A stretch of 63,771 nt of DNA, the filler included, from Lama guanicoe (taxonomy: Eukaryota): NCBI GenBank assembly GCA_013239625.1. It is 161 parts of 161 records of this genome, joined end to end, with 100 filler letters (N's around TTAATTAATTAA, not from the genome) between each part and the next. Parts side by side here need not be neighbours in the genome. Positions count along the whole stretch, not along the records: positions 50,355 to 50,651 come from PNXV01054179.1; positions 50,752 to 51,048 come from PNXV01054180.1; positions 51,149 to 51,445 come from PNXV01054181.1; positions 51,546 to 51,842 come from PNXV01054182.1; positions 51,943 to 52,239 come from PNXV01054183.1; positions 52,340 to 52,636 come from PNXV01054184.1; positions 52,737 to 53,033 come from PNXV01054185.1; positions 53,134 to 53,430 come from PNXV01054186.1; 153 more parts are not named here. The stretch is one strand, 5' to 3'. Positions within the stretch are counted from its first letter, which is position 1; every line of letters begins with the position of its first letter. The notes under the pieces were generated by a model, which saw only the letters and a list, made by a program, of their open reading frames with translations, made no database searches and was not told where the DNA came from. Shown piece by piece: positions 50,255-62,157 of this stretch. The position numbers were made by a program, and so were the translations under genes.

Positions 50255-51148
50255 NNNNNNNNNNNNNNNNNNNNNNNNNNNNNNNNNNNNNNNNNNNNTT
50301 AATTAATTAANNNNNNNNNNNNNNNNNNNNNNNNNNNNNNNNNNNNNNNNNNNNAGACCCAAGTATGCATGGGACCTGGGTTTACCTAAGAGTTAGCACA
50401 AATCAGTGATGAAAGATACATTTTCAATAAATGACATTGGACTATTGGCTTTAAGTAGGAAAAACAGATAAAATTAGTTCCCTATTTCACATCATATACA
50501 AAAAAAAATACTATCTTTAAAACAAAGCTCAAGCATTTTAGAATAAAGTACAGATTATCTTCCTGACATTCGAATAAGGAAGACAATTCACAAAAAGCAA
50601 AAACTATTAAAAAAAAGATAAATCTTCTAACATTAAAAATGTTAAATTATGNNNNNNNNNNNNNNNNNNNNNNNNNNNNNNNNNNNNNNNNNNNNTTAAT
50701 TAATTAANNNNNNNNNNNNNNNNNNNNNNNNNNNNNNNNNNNNNNNNNNNNTTCAGTGCGCAATTAAATCACAAAATACTAGACACACTGTGACCTCCGT
50801 GGCAAGTGTTGGTGCATATATTCACTTCCTAGTTGACAAGCAGTACAGTTATGTTATAGAACTTCAAGTTGTGTGCAGTTCCAAGACTCCGACAGAACCA
50901 CGCAGGAGGAAAACTCCAAGTAGCTCTGGGTTTGATTAAAAGAAGAAATAAAGAAAAGGTGGGGCTTGAAATGCTTGATTGAGGAACAGGTGAGGTTAAA
51001 AATGACTGAAGAGTTACTGAACTCATTTTGACATGTTTTATATAATGGNNNNNNNNNNNNNNNNNNNNNNNNNNNNNNNNNNNNNNNNNNNNTTAATTAA
51101 TTAANNNNNNNNNNNNNNNNNNNNNNNNNNNNNNNNNNNNNNNNNNNN

Positions 51149-51445
51149 TCCAACTCAGTTTTACAGTGAAAACTGCAGGATTTCCTACCAGCACTATTAA
51201 ACAGACTGACAAACACAGTAATTGTTTCTCCGACAAACCATTCCATTTGTGCTCGATGAACGAACGTGTCTCCACATTCTCAGTTCTGAGAGATAAGTTT
51301 TTGTGGAATCTGTCCATCAACAAGCAGGTAAGGAACAAAAAGATTCTTTTCGTTTGGGAAAAACAATATACATATATATATATGTATATGTGAGGATATA
51401 ACTCCAAATCTGTTTTACAGTGAAATCTGTAGTTACTTCAAATAT
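51149..51445 (+). repeat. AT-rich satellite (family A), internal period 254 bp
   Basis: tccaa.tc.gttttacagtgaaa occurs at 51149 and 51403. Confidence 0.8.
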
Positions 51446-52848
51446 NNNNNNNNNNNNNNNNNNNNNNNNNNNNNNNNNNNNNNNNNNNNTTAATTAATTA
51501 ANNNNNNNNNNNNNNNNNNNNNNNNNNNNNNNNNNNNNNNNNNNNTGCGGGGCCTCCCCAGGAGCATCCTCACTGGTCCCCACACATACTTCTCATCCTC
51601 TCTAGTCTCTTCTCCGCTTGCAGATGGAGGGATCTCTTTGAGAATGGAAGCTCACCTGTGCTGCTCTGTTTCCAGCACCAGGCGAGGAGGGCTCCGAGGG
51701 CCTGGCCTCTCTCCTCAGCCTCCCCTCTCTGTCCCACCTTGTTCCCCCCCTGCCACCAGAGCAAACAGGGTTGAGCATCAGCTGTGTGCGCGGCACTGTT
51801 CTGAGCACCTCACAGGTGTCATCTCAGCCAGTCCTCACCTTGNNNNNNNNNNNNNNNNNNNNNNNNNNNNNNNNNNNNNNNNNNNNTTAATTAATTAANN
51901 NNNNNNNNNNNNNNNNNNNNNNNNNNNNNNNNNNNNNNNNNNATAAAATGGTTTTCAGTATCTAAACATAATTTAGTTACCTTCTAAAAATGCTTAACAT
52001 AATTTTCTTTTGGCAAATGCAAACCATATTTACCCCACATAATCTGAATAACATTTTGTAATCCAGGCTGCCCTCACATTAATTTATACCAAACGAAGGT
52101 TAATCATTTTCCAATGAATATTTTCCTATTATTACTTAAAATAAACTAAATTTAGTTGTTTCTAATTTTCTTTTATGATTTGTATGAAATAAATTTTATT
52201 CGGTTCTTTCAATACAGCTTAGCAGAATTAGAGCTCTGANNNNNNNNNNNNNNNNNNNNNNNNNNNNNNNNNNNNNNNNNNNNTTAATTAATTAANNNNN
52301 NNNNNNNNNNNNNNNNNNNNNNNNNNNNNNNNNNNNNNNTGATTCTATTTCAAATGTTATTTCAATATCTGATTGATCTTTTTACAGGTGATTTTGGGGC
52401 TTCCAAATTTTTTATTCAATCAAGCCAGTATTGGCATTATCATTACTCTTTTTTTAAAAATTGGTTTGAGTCTATATAATTAATTTTCTTAGCTGAATTC
52501 CATTAGCATGGCTAGTAGACAAAAGAGTACACATCAGTTTTTGGAGGAGACCAACTCCTTTTCTTTTTCTCCATAAAATTTTGCTAAAATTATCCCAGAA
52601 TGGTGGATTCAATGTAAAAAACAATGTGGTTTTGAGNNNNNNNNNNNNNNNNNNNNNNNNNNNNNNNNNNNNNNNNNNNNTTAATTAATTAANNNNNNNN
52701 NNNNNNNNNNNNNNNNNNNNNNNNNNNNNNNNNNNNCTGTAAAATAATGGAAAATCTGTTAAATGAAGAAAATCAGTTTCTACCATATGGCTTCCTGCAA
52801 AGATGACATAGAATAATGTCTGTGATGGGCTGGGTATATTTTCTAACA

Positions 52849-52985
52849 CAGCAGTTCTCAAAGTGTGGTCCTCAGAGCTCTGTGGGTCCCCAAGGCACTT
52901 TCATTGAGTCCATGAAGGCAAGACTATTTTCATAATTATACTAAGATATTATTGACTATGTTGACATTTGCACTGATGGTGCATA
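52849..52985 (+). mobile_element. hAT-Charlie DNA transposon fragment
   Basis: Terminus cagcagttctcaaagtgtggtcc...actattttcataattatactaaga. Confidence 0.65.
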
Positions 52986-54324
52986 ACTCATGACGTGACA
53001 AAATGAGAAATACATATAAAGTAAGAACTTCTGNNNNNNNNNNNNNNNNNNNNNNNNNNNNNNNNNNNNNNNNNNNNTTAATTAATTAANNNNNNNNNNN
53101 NNNNNNNNNNNNNNNNNNNNNNNNNNNNNNNNNTTTTTTTTTCCTTCCACTATACCATATTCTAGCCCCTAGTACAGAGCCTGATATTTAATAAAATTGT
53201 ACAAAAATTTTTGTAGAATATATAGAAAGTCTTTCATTACAATTAATTATATTATATTCAATTATGCACCTTCTGTACATAATTTTTAATTGTAAATTTA
53301 ATTCATGCTTTTCAGTAAAAGAAGAAACCTGAAGTTATCATTTACACTTTTACCCTCTAAGATCATGATTCTTGCTTTTTTGTCTTTTGAGGTATTTGTA
53401 CACGTTTGTAAGCTCAGTGTATATGGACTCNNNNNNNNNNNNNNNNNNNNNNNNNNNNNNNNNNNNNNNNNNNNTTAATTAATTAANNNNNNNNNNNNNN
53501 NNNNNNNNNNNNNNNNNNNNNNNNNNNNNNAAGCTGGACAGAGGTAGATGCTGTTGCTGGTTACTCAACAATGGACCCAGCATACATGTTTGAAATCAGA
53601 AACACACCATGATTCACTCTCTAAAAAAAGGAGACTATAAAGATTCCCTTTTAAGCCAGTACACCATCTTCATTTATCTGTAGTGAAGGAAAACTCTCTC
53701 TAAAAAGAATATGTAAACCAAAGATCACAGAAGGAAAGAGAAGATCATTTGATATTTCAAATGTCTGTTATATCAGCCTCTGCTCTTCTAAGCTGGTCTT
53801 GCCCAACAACGTGCTATTGCAAAGGAANNNNNNNNNNNNNNNNNNNNNNNNNNNNNNNNNNNNNNNNNNNNTTAATTAATTAANNNNNNNNNNNNNNNNN
53901 NNNNNNNNNNNNNNNNNNNNNNNNNNNCAGACCACCTCTAAGCTGAATTTCTGCTAGTGTGACAGCCTGTAAGTTACAATTCAAAGGCCAGAATGTGTTC
54001 ATCTTGTATTTATGGACTATATTTGCCTGCCATGTACTTATATCTAGTAGTGTGCTGGTAAACTAGCTCATTGAAGTAAAAAATGCCCTTCTGTAGAGTT
54101 TGCTGATTTTCATGAGATTAAACTACAAATAGTTTAACTACCAGCTTTCAAAATTTCTGACTATGTTCCTAAGAGCTACTATTAGCCAACTCCTCAAAAC
54201 ACTACTGCCTTAAAAAAAAAAAAANNNNNNNNNNNNNNNNNNNNNNNNNNNNNNNNNNNNNNNNNNNNTTAATTAATTAANNNNNNNNNNNNNNNNNNNN
54301 NNNNNNNNNNNNNNNNNNNNNNNN

Positions 54325-54621
54325 TCATTCAGCCATTGCACACATATTTATTGAGCTTCTATTATGTGTTAGATACTTCTGGACTCTGGGAAAACAGTAT
54401 TGGCATCATGGGATTTATGATTTGCTGTTGAATTGACAGCTAACAACAATAAAATATCACATAATTTATTTATTAGGCATTGAAAATATTTACACAACAA
54501 AAAACAAATCAAGATGAGTTTGTGTATTACAGGAGAATTGTTTTTTTATAAACTAATAGGAAATCTTTGATGAAGAGGTGAAAATTCAGCAGAGACATGA
54601 AAACAGTGAAAGAATAAATCC
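54325..54621 (-). mobile_element. L2 LINE fragment
   Basis: tcattca...catatttattgagcttctattatgtg...gaagaggtgaaaattcagcagagacatga. Confidence 0.6.
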
Positions 54622-57600
54622 NNNNNNNNNNNNNNNNNNNNNNNNNNNNNNNNNNNNNNNNNNNNTTAATTAATTAANNNNNNNNNNNNNNNNNNNNNNN
54701 NNNNNNNNNNNNNNNNNNNNNCTCTGCCTGTTGTGAGCCCTGGGCCAGTGCCTGCCTCTCTATGGGCTTTTGTTTCCGAATTATCCAACAAGGATGAGAT
54801 TCAGAGTTACAGGAGTGCGCGCTCAGCAGTAGGGTGGGCCCAGGGCCCACGCACCTTGGCGGGGTGTGGGTAGGAACGCACTGAGGAGGTTCCCCGACCT
54901 GAGATCCTCCTCAGAAGAGAACTGGCCAAATGCCCATCTGGGCTGCTGGAGGCTCATCCTCCCCCCAAGACCATCTGCACATCTGTGCACAGTCACACCA
55001 GAGCCCCTGCGACAGCCTGNNNNNNNNNNNNNNNNNNNNNNNNNNNNNNNNNNNNNNNNNNNNTTAATTAATTAANNNNNNNNNNNNNNNNNNNNNNNNN
55101 NNNNNNNNNNNNNNNNNNNAGCACAGAATAAGATTCTTGGAAATTTCTTGGCTGTCATCAGCCTTTAGATCAGTGACAGAGTGCCGTGTGTAGTTGTAAA
55201 GTTGTGGCGTGCTTTTAGAAGGGTGCAAATGTTCTTGTTTTTGTTGATAAAATCACGGTGTTTTGTCTGGGACTCTGAAAAAGAGAAATGGGTAAAAAAA
55301 AGTTGGTTTCTCATTCTTGGTCCTTCCTCACCCTCACAGATACGGACCCTTCCATCTGTAGCAGTACTAAGACAGCCCCAGCCTTCCCATCTCATGAGAT
55401 CAGTACTCATTCATTTNNNNNNNNNNNNNNNNNNNNNNNNNNNNNNNNNNNNNNNNNNNNTTAATTAATTAANNNNNNNNNNNNNNNNNNNNNNNNNNNN
55501 NNNNNNNNNNNNNNNNATCAACCCCTGTTGTTTTTAAAATAAAATGAAAGCGAAATAAAATGTTTGTATGACATTATTTAAATTTAATTATATTTAATTC
55601 CTGTAAAACAGCAGATAAAGTGCCAGAACTTAGAACTTGTCTTCCATGTATTTTTAAAATCAAGCTGCGTACTTTATAGTGCCTCAATTCACAAGCAATT
55701 AGCTTGTTTTTTGGAAACCAAAAAAAAAAGACATTTTCTAAGTTAATTCACATGATACTTCTGATTTTAAATAATAAAGGTCATAGCTTCACTGTGTACC
55801 AAGTTAGCATTTGANNNNNNNNNNNNNNNNNNNNNNNNNNNNNNNNNNNNNNNNNNNNTTAATTAATTAANNNNNNNNNNNNNNNNNNNNNNNNNNNNNN
55901 NNNNNNNNNNNNNNCCGTGAATCGTTTCCAAGGTAGATTTTATCAGGACTACTGACTCACTGAGCACAACACTGCTTTCAGAGAAGTCCTTGTCAAGGCC
56001 CTTCCAAGCAGAAGGCAAGCAATTTAGCTGGTGCCGTCTCCAAGAATTCTGTCCTCTGCCTCCCAACTGATCTCCACTGCTGATAAACAGGCTAGCCCAA
56101 AACAGACTGCGGTCCCCTGGGACTTCTGAGGGAACCGCCTGAAGAACAGACTGCTCTGCTCAGCTCAGATCTTCTCTCCAGTTGCAAACCTTCTCCTTCT
56201 CCTGCCCACAAANNNNNNNNNNNNNNNNNNNNNNNNNNNNNNNNNNNNNNNNNNNNTTAATTAATTAANNNNNNNNNNNNNNNNNNNNNNNNNNNNNNNN
56301 NNNNNNNNNNNNTAGAAGGAAAGAGACATTGATTTTTATAGTTGATTCCCATTTTTTCACATGTGACTTCACTATTGCAACCTCCTTTTCATTGTAGAAT
56401 AGGTGCCCCTTTGTCTTGAACTAAATCCCAGTCACTGCTCCCCCTTCCTTTTGGGATGTGCACAAAGCATCGTGGCTCTCATCCTAAAGTCACAGAAAGG
56501 GTAGAGGAAGCAGGAAAACCTTTGTTGAGGTGCCATCAGTGTTTGGGCACTGAGCTAGGGATTTTATATAATTGGAAATGTAAATTTATTGCTGCCACTC
56601 CTGCTGCAANNNNNNNNNNNNNNNNNNNNNNNNNNNNNNNNNNNNNNNNNNNNTTAATTAATTAANNNNNNNNNNNNNNNNNNNNNNNNNNNNNNNNNNN
56701 NNNNNNNNNCCTCCCCATTTATAAGAAATCATCACTTTACCATGAGCTGCTTTTCAAGATACTGCTTCTGTTCGTCCACTCTTCTAATGGCAACGTCTCC
56801 TTCACACTTCCCTCTTTACACCTTTGAATCATCAAATGACCTTCCCTCCACTTCAGCATGTGACAACTTCATGCCTTCACCTTGGCTGAGAGCAAATTAA
56901 GCAAGTTTTAAGATGTCACACTCAGGAATTTGGAATACTTTTGGAGCAAGTAGGGAAATTACATTCTCAGATTTAATAATATCATTGATTAAAAAAACAA
57001 AACAAAANNNNNNNNNNNNNNNNNNNNNNNNNNNNNNNNNNNNNNNNNNNNTTAATTAATTAANNNNNNNNNNNNNNNNNNNNNNNNNNNNNNNNNNNNN
57101 NNNNNNNAAAAGATTAAGATTTATCAGCCAGACTCAGGATGTGGACTCTCTTAGGATCTTAGTTCAACAACAAAAGAGATTTGTGGCATCGCTCAGACTG
57201 CCGGCTCTCTGATGATGTGCCCAAGTTACTGTTAACGTTCCTTAAGGTGTGGAAGTGACACTGTAGTTATGTTTTTGTAAAGAGCCTTGATTTTTTAGGG
57301 GTTATAGGCTGACCTGTTTATGAATAAAATGCTACGATGTCTGGGGTTTGCTTCAAGATGGTAGGATGAGGGAAGTGCGCGGACGGACGGGGAAGGACAC
57401 AGGCGNNNNNNNNNNNNNNNNNNNNNNNNNNNNNNNNNNNNNNNNNNNNTTAATTAATTAANNNNNNNNNNNNNNNNNNNNNNNNNNNNNNNNNNNNNNN
57501 NNNNNTTCATGCTGTTACTTCTACCACCGAGTTCTCATACGCCCACTCCTTTCACCCCAGGGGCCCTTCCACACCTCGACTGCACTCCTACAGCCGCCCC

Positions 57601-57903
57601 TTCGTTACACTGTCCAAATCCTGCCTTCCTCATTCCCTTTTATACCAACATGAGAGCTCTCTTCAACACAAAGCCAAACACATTGGTCTCACAAAAGCCA
57701 TCAAAGATGCCTATTTTTTTAAAAGCAGAATGTCAGCCAACCTCTGACCCTAAGTAAACACAGGAAACATTCCGCTACACCTTCTCACCTCCCACTCCTG
57801 TATNNNNNNNNNNNNNNNNNNNNNNNNNNNNNNNNNNNNNNNNNNNNTTAATTAATTAANNNNNNNNNNNNNNNNNNNNNNNNNNNNNNNNNNNNNNNNN
57901 NNN

Positions 57904-58201
57904 ATCTTTAAAGAATTATGTTGTGTGAAAGAAGCCAGACAAAAATAAATTATGTACTGTATGGTTCCATTTATATAAAAGTCTAGAAATTGCAAACTAG
58001 TTTGTAGTGACAGAGAACAGACGAGTGGTTGCCTGGGAAGAAGAGGGGCAGAGCAAAGAGGAAGGGAGAAATTGCAGAAGAATGAGGTAACTTTTGGGGA
58101 GGAGATGATAATTTTCATGGTCTTCATTTTGATAAAGGTTTGATTAGTGTATACATGTTTGAAAATTTATAAAATTGTACACTTTGGGTGTAGTTGATTG
58201 T
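57904..58201 (+). mobile_element. Old LINE-1 (L1MC/MD/ME-like) 3' UTR
   Basis: gaaagaagccagaca...tactgtatggttccatttatata...gtggttgcctggg...aaattgtacactt. Confidence 0.8.
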
Positions 58202-60291
58202 NNNNNNNNNNNNNNNNNNNNNNNNNNNNNNNNNNNNNNNNNNNNTTAATTAATTAANNNNNNNNNNNNNNNNNNNNNNNNNNNNNNNNNNNNNNNNNNN
58301 NGCGAGATTAGGCTGGTGATAGATGACTAGTAGCAGGAGATCAAAGGTGATACACTTTAGAGCTATTTCAGAGGTAGAATTAATAAGATTCCGTGATTGC
58401 TTGGGTATGAGAACTGAGGATGAAAGTGGAGTTTAAGAGGATGGAATCTAAGATTAGAAATTAGCAGTTGTTATTACCAAGGAAAGAAAAACCACTCTTA
58501 AGGAACTAAAGCCCATTCATTTGATTGGTTGATTCACAAAATAGCTGCTACGTTTTAATATATTTGCAAGTAGCTACTGAAGGAAACAATCCAAAGGTAN
58601 NNNNNNNNNNNNNNNNNNNNNNNNNNNNNNNNNNNNNNNNNNNTTAATTAATTAANNNNNNNNNNNNNNNNNNNNNNNNNNNNNNNNNNNNNNNNNNNNA
58701 GTATGGTGGAAGCCAAGAAGACTATAAACCACTTGGGTGCACTGGCTCATTTAATAATTCAGTTCCACCCTGACCTTGGCCATGCTCCCTTAGCCCCGCT
58801 CAGTCCCAGGCTGTAGCCCTGTTAAGTAAGCATCAGTTTGGGACCAGCAGGGAGTTCCGGGGATCCCTTTTGGGGATCTGATGGTGTATCTGCTGATATG
58901 CTGCAGATGCAGCAGATGTGAGACACGCATCACCCCTGCAGATAGCACCTTTTTGACAAGGATCTTGGTGCCAACAAGACTTCACTTCTGCCAAATTNNN
59001 NNNNNNNNNNNNNNNNNNNNNNNNNNNNNNNNNNNNNNNNNTTAATTAATTAANNNNNNNNNNNNNNNNNNNNNNNNNNNNNNNNNNNNNNNNNNNNTGG
59101 ATGACATAAAGAGCACCGGCTTGCCTATCACACTGATTACTTGATGTAATAGTAAGCAAGCTTAAGTGAACTGTGTGTCTTCAATCTTTCCAATCACTTA
59201 GGGATGGGCATCAGAGCTAGCCATCCATCATCCCTGGCCTGAAACATACGGTGCATCAGCAATCTTGGGCTGACCTAAATGATAGTAAAAGCCGCTATGC
59301 TGTTCACAATAAGAAATTGTTGTCCACTGAATTACAGGTTTGTGATTAGATTGCTAACATGGCCAACTTGATGTATAAGTGAAGTGTCCAGGGAANNNNN
59401 NNNNNNNNNNNNNNNNNNNNNNNNNNNNNNNNNNNNNNNTTAATTAATTAANNNNNNNNNNNNNNNNNNNNNNNNNNNNNNNNNNNNNNNNNNNNCGTGG
59501 CAATTTCGGTGATGTCACTCCAGATATCTTTAAATCTCTATGGCAGAGCAACACACTTGTAGACAAAGTGTTCCTCAACTGTACACAGAGACATGTGTTG
59601 GTACTTTCTTATAAAATTAAAGGTGTACTTGCCGATAGATCCAATAATTCCACGCCTTGATTTTACACTAGAGCTCTGAATACACAAGTCACAAACGGAC
59701 TGTATGAAAATGTTCATTGATGCCTTATCTGTAACTGTCAAAACCTGGGAAAAACTCAAGTTTGTGTCAGCAGGTGAGCTGTAATGCAAACAANNNNNNN
59801 NNNNNNNNNNNNNNNNNNNNNNNNNNNNNNNNNNNNNTTAATTAATTAANNNNNNNNNNNNNNNNNNNNNNNNNNNNNNNNNNNNNNNNNNNNTAATGCT
59901 GGACGTTGCAACGAAACAGCTTACAGGAAGCTTTCAAGTCCTGTTAACCGAAGTCCTACCAAAGGGCAGTTCCTTTTTCTTCCCCTGAAACCTCTAGGTG
60001 CCCCGGGCAGGTTAAATCTTACAAGCGTTATGCACGTCTTGGCGCGTCCAAATGAATGGGGCGTATGGAGTTTTCTGCCTGACTCCTCTCTGTGCATTTA
60101 TCTATTGGTTGAATCGATGTGAACGTGTACGTCCTTCCCCAAACAGGACGGCAGGTCACCAACATAAACACCGACACCGGCAGATTTGATGNNNNNNNNN
60201 NNNNNNNNNNNNNNNNNNNNNNNNNNNNNNNNNNNTTAATTAATTAANNNNNNNNNNNNNNNNNNNNNNNNNNNNNNNNNNNNNNNNNNNN

Positions 60292-60439
60292 TGAGCATGT
60301 TCTTCAGCGAGTCCTCTAAGACATTTTGACTTGTACTAAAATCCTCACAGACTTCATTCTCCAGGTTGGATCCTAGAAATAGGGCATCATCTAAGTGTTC
60401 AGTAGGAATTAAATGATTAAATGTATCAACTATATCCAT
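60292..60439 (-). CDS. PHF3: PHF3 (PHD finger protein 3) first coding exon, partial
   Basis: MDIVDTFNHLIPTEHLDDALFLGSNLENEVCEDFSTSQNVLEDSLKNML matches the recalled PHF3 N-terminus. Acceptor ttttgtctttctatag| puts the exon start at 60464, 25 nt before the ATG. Confidence 0.93.
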
Positions 60440-61087
60440 GAAGACTTCTGTGTGTCTTTCAGCCCTATAGAAAGACAAAAAAAATACCATAAGAAATAAA
60501 GCTATCAATCAATAATCACCTAAAACCAAATTATTTTAATAATTTTGAGTCTATGGACACACTTAGGTATTTCTGAATTGTTAAAAAAANNNNNNNNNNN
60601 NNNNNNNNNNNNNNNNNNNNNNNNNNNNNNNNNTTAATTAATTAANNNNNNNNNNNNNNNNNNNNNNNNNNNNNNNNNNNNNNNNNNNNGGCATGCAATA
60701 ATGATCAAGAGATCTTGAGAAACAAGAGTAGTATGAGAGGTTTAAGCATACAGATAAAATATAGTATAAGGCTTGTATAAGGCTTTTATAATGAAAACAG
60801 GTACTGAGGTAGGAAACGAGAGAGAGATTAATGGAGTAAAATAAAGTAAGTGACACAATCATGAGTATACCTATTTGCATAGTATTAATATTTGAAATAT
60901 TCTCATTGTTTCACATATTTCAAAGATAAAATTAAATAGGCAAAAATGGGGAAAAGCCTTAATATTGAATACACACAAGTGAATATANNNNNNNNNNNNN
61001 NNNNNNNNNNNNNNNNNNNNNNNNNNNNNNNTTAATTAATTAANNNNNNNNNNNNNNNNNNNNNNNNNNNNNNNNNNNNNNNNNNNN

Positions 61088-61383
61088 ACAGCCAAGACAT
61101 GGAAACTCCCTAAATGTCCATCAACAGATGACTGGATAAAGAAGAGGTGGTATTCTCATACAATGGAATACTATTCAGCCAAAAAAACCAACATAATGCC
61201 ATTTGCAGCAACGTGGATGTTCCTGGAGAATATTATTCTAAGTGCAGTAAGGCAGAAACAGAAAGAAAAATATCATGAGATTGCTCATATGTGGAACTTA
61301 AAAAAAAAAAAAGAACATAAATACTAAAAAGAAACAGACTCATAGACACAATACAAACTTGTGGTTGCCAAGGGGTCGGGGGG
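61088..61383 (+). mobile_element. LINE-1 ORF2 end/3' UTR
   Basis: Encodes AKTWKLPKCPSTDDWIKK...MPFAATWM. Confidence 0.92.
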
Positions 61384-61949
61384 NNNNNNNNNNNNNNNNN
61401 NNNNNNNNNNNNNNNNNNNNNNNNNNNTTAATTAATTAANNNNNNNNNNNNNNNNNNNNNNNNNNNNNNNNNNNNNNNNNNNNTAATGGTCTTGAATCAT
61501 ATTAAAAGTGACTATTAGTATTACCTTGAATCACTGTTTTTCCTCTTTCCACAGAATAGGGAAAAGCTCAAAATCTCTGGTTAGCAGAGCATTTCCTGAA
61601 AGTGAGTACTAAAAAATTATAGAGAAACTGAAATCCACTGGGTGGGAAGGCGGGCTTATAAAAGCAAATAAAAATCAACCCTGAGAGCCTCATTTGTCTG
61701 ATAAGACGTGGAAGAGGGTGGACTTGATTCAGAAGGATTCTTTTGATCATTTTCCTTTATCCCGAAATAGTTTTTGTTGTTNNNNNNNNNNNNNNNNNNN
61801 NNNNNNNNNNNNNNNNNNNNNNNNNTTAATTAATTAANNNNNNNNNNNNNNNNNNNNNNNNNNNNNNNNNNNNNNNNNNNNAGGATGCGGGAATCGCCCA
61901 CAGGACGAGAGATCGGAGGAGGAGCGAGGGCGAACCCCGGGAAACTCAC

Positions 61950-61973
61950 TTTCTTGCTCAGGTAAAAGAACAT
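61950..61973 (-). CDS. WDR35: WDR35 (IFT121, IFT-A subunit) coding exon 1
   Basis: ATGTTCTTTTACCTGAGCAAGAAA|gtgagt encodes MFFYLSKK, the recalled WDR35 N-terminus, with a consensus phase-0 donor inside a CpG-rich contig. Confidence 0.88.
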
Positions 61974-62071
61974 CCTGGGAACCCCGAGAGGACGAGCCCA
62001 GCAGTCAAAGCCAGCAACAAAGAAACTTCTAAGTCTCCAATCTAGAGTACCAACGGCTTTCGGAAGCTCCT

Positions 62072-62157
62072 GTCGCCCTGGCAACCGGTCGCATCCGGGG
62101 CGCCGAGAGACACTTCCGGCGTCGTCCTCGCATCGCGGAGCGTCCTACGCCTGCGCG
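62072..62157 (-). promoter_or_regulatory. WDR35: WDR35 promoter: RFX X-box, ETS site and NRF1-like site
   Basis: GTCGCCCTGGCAAC (62072-62085) fits the X-box GTNRCC(N0-3)RGYAAC; cacttccggc at 62111-62120; cgcctgcgcg at 62148-62157. Confidence 0.75.

Noticed and set aside
59894..60191. Possible histone-type promoter (reverse CCAAT, some CpGs)
   Set aside because: No coding sequence or diagnostic element in the contig.
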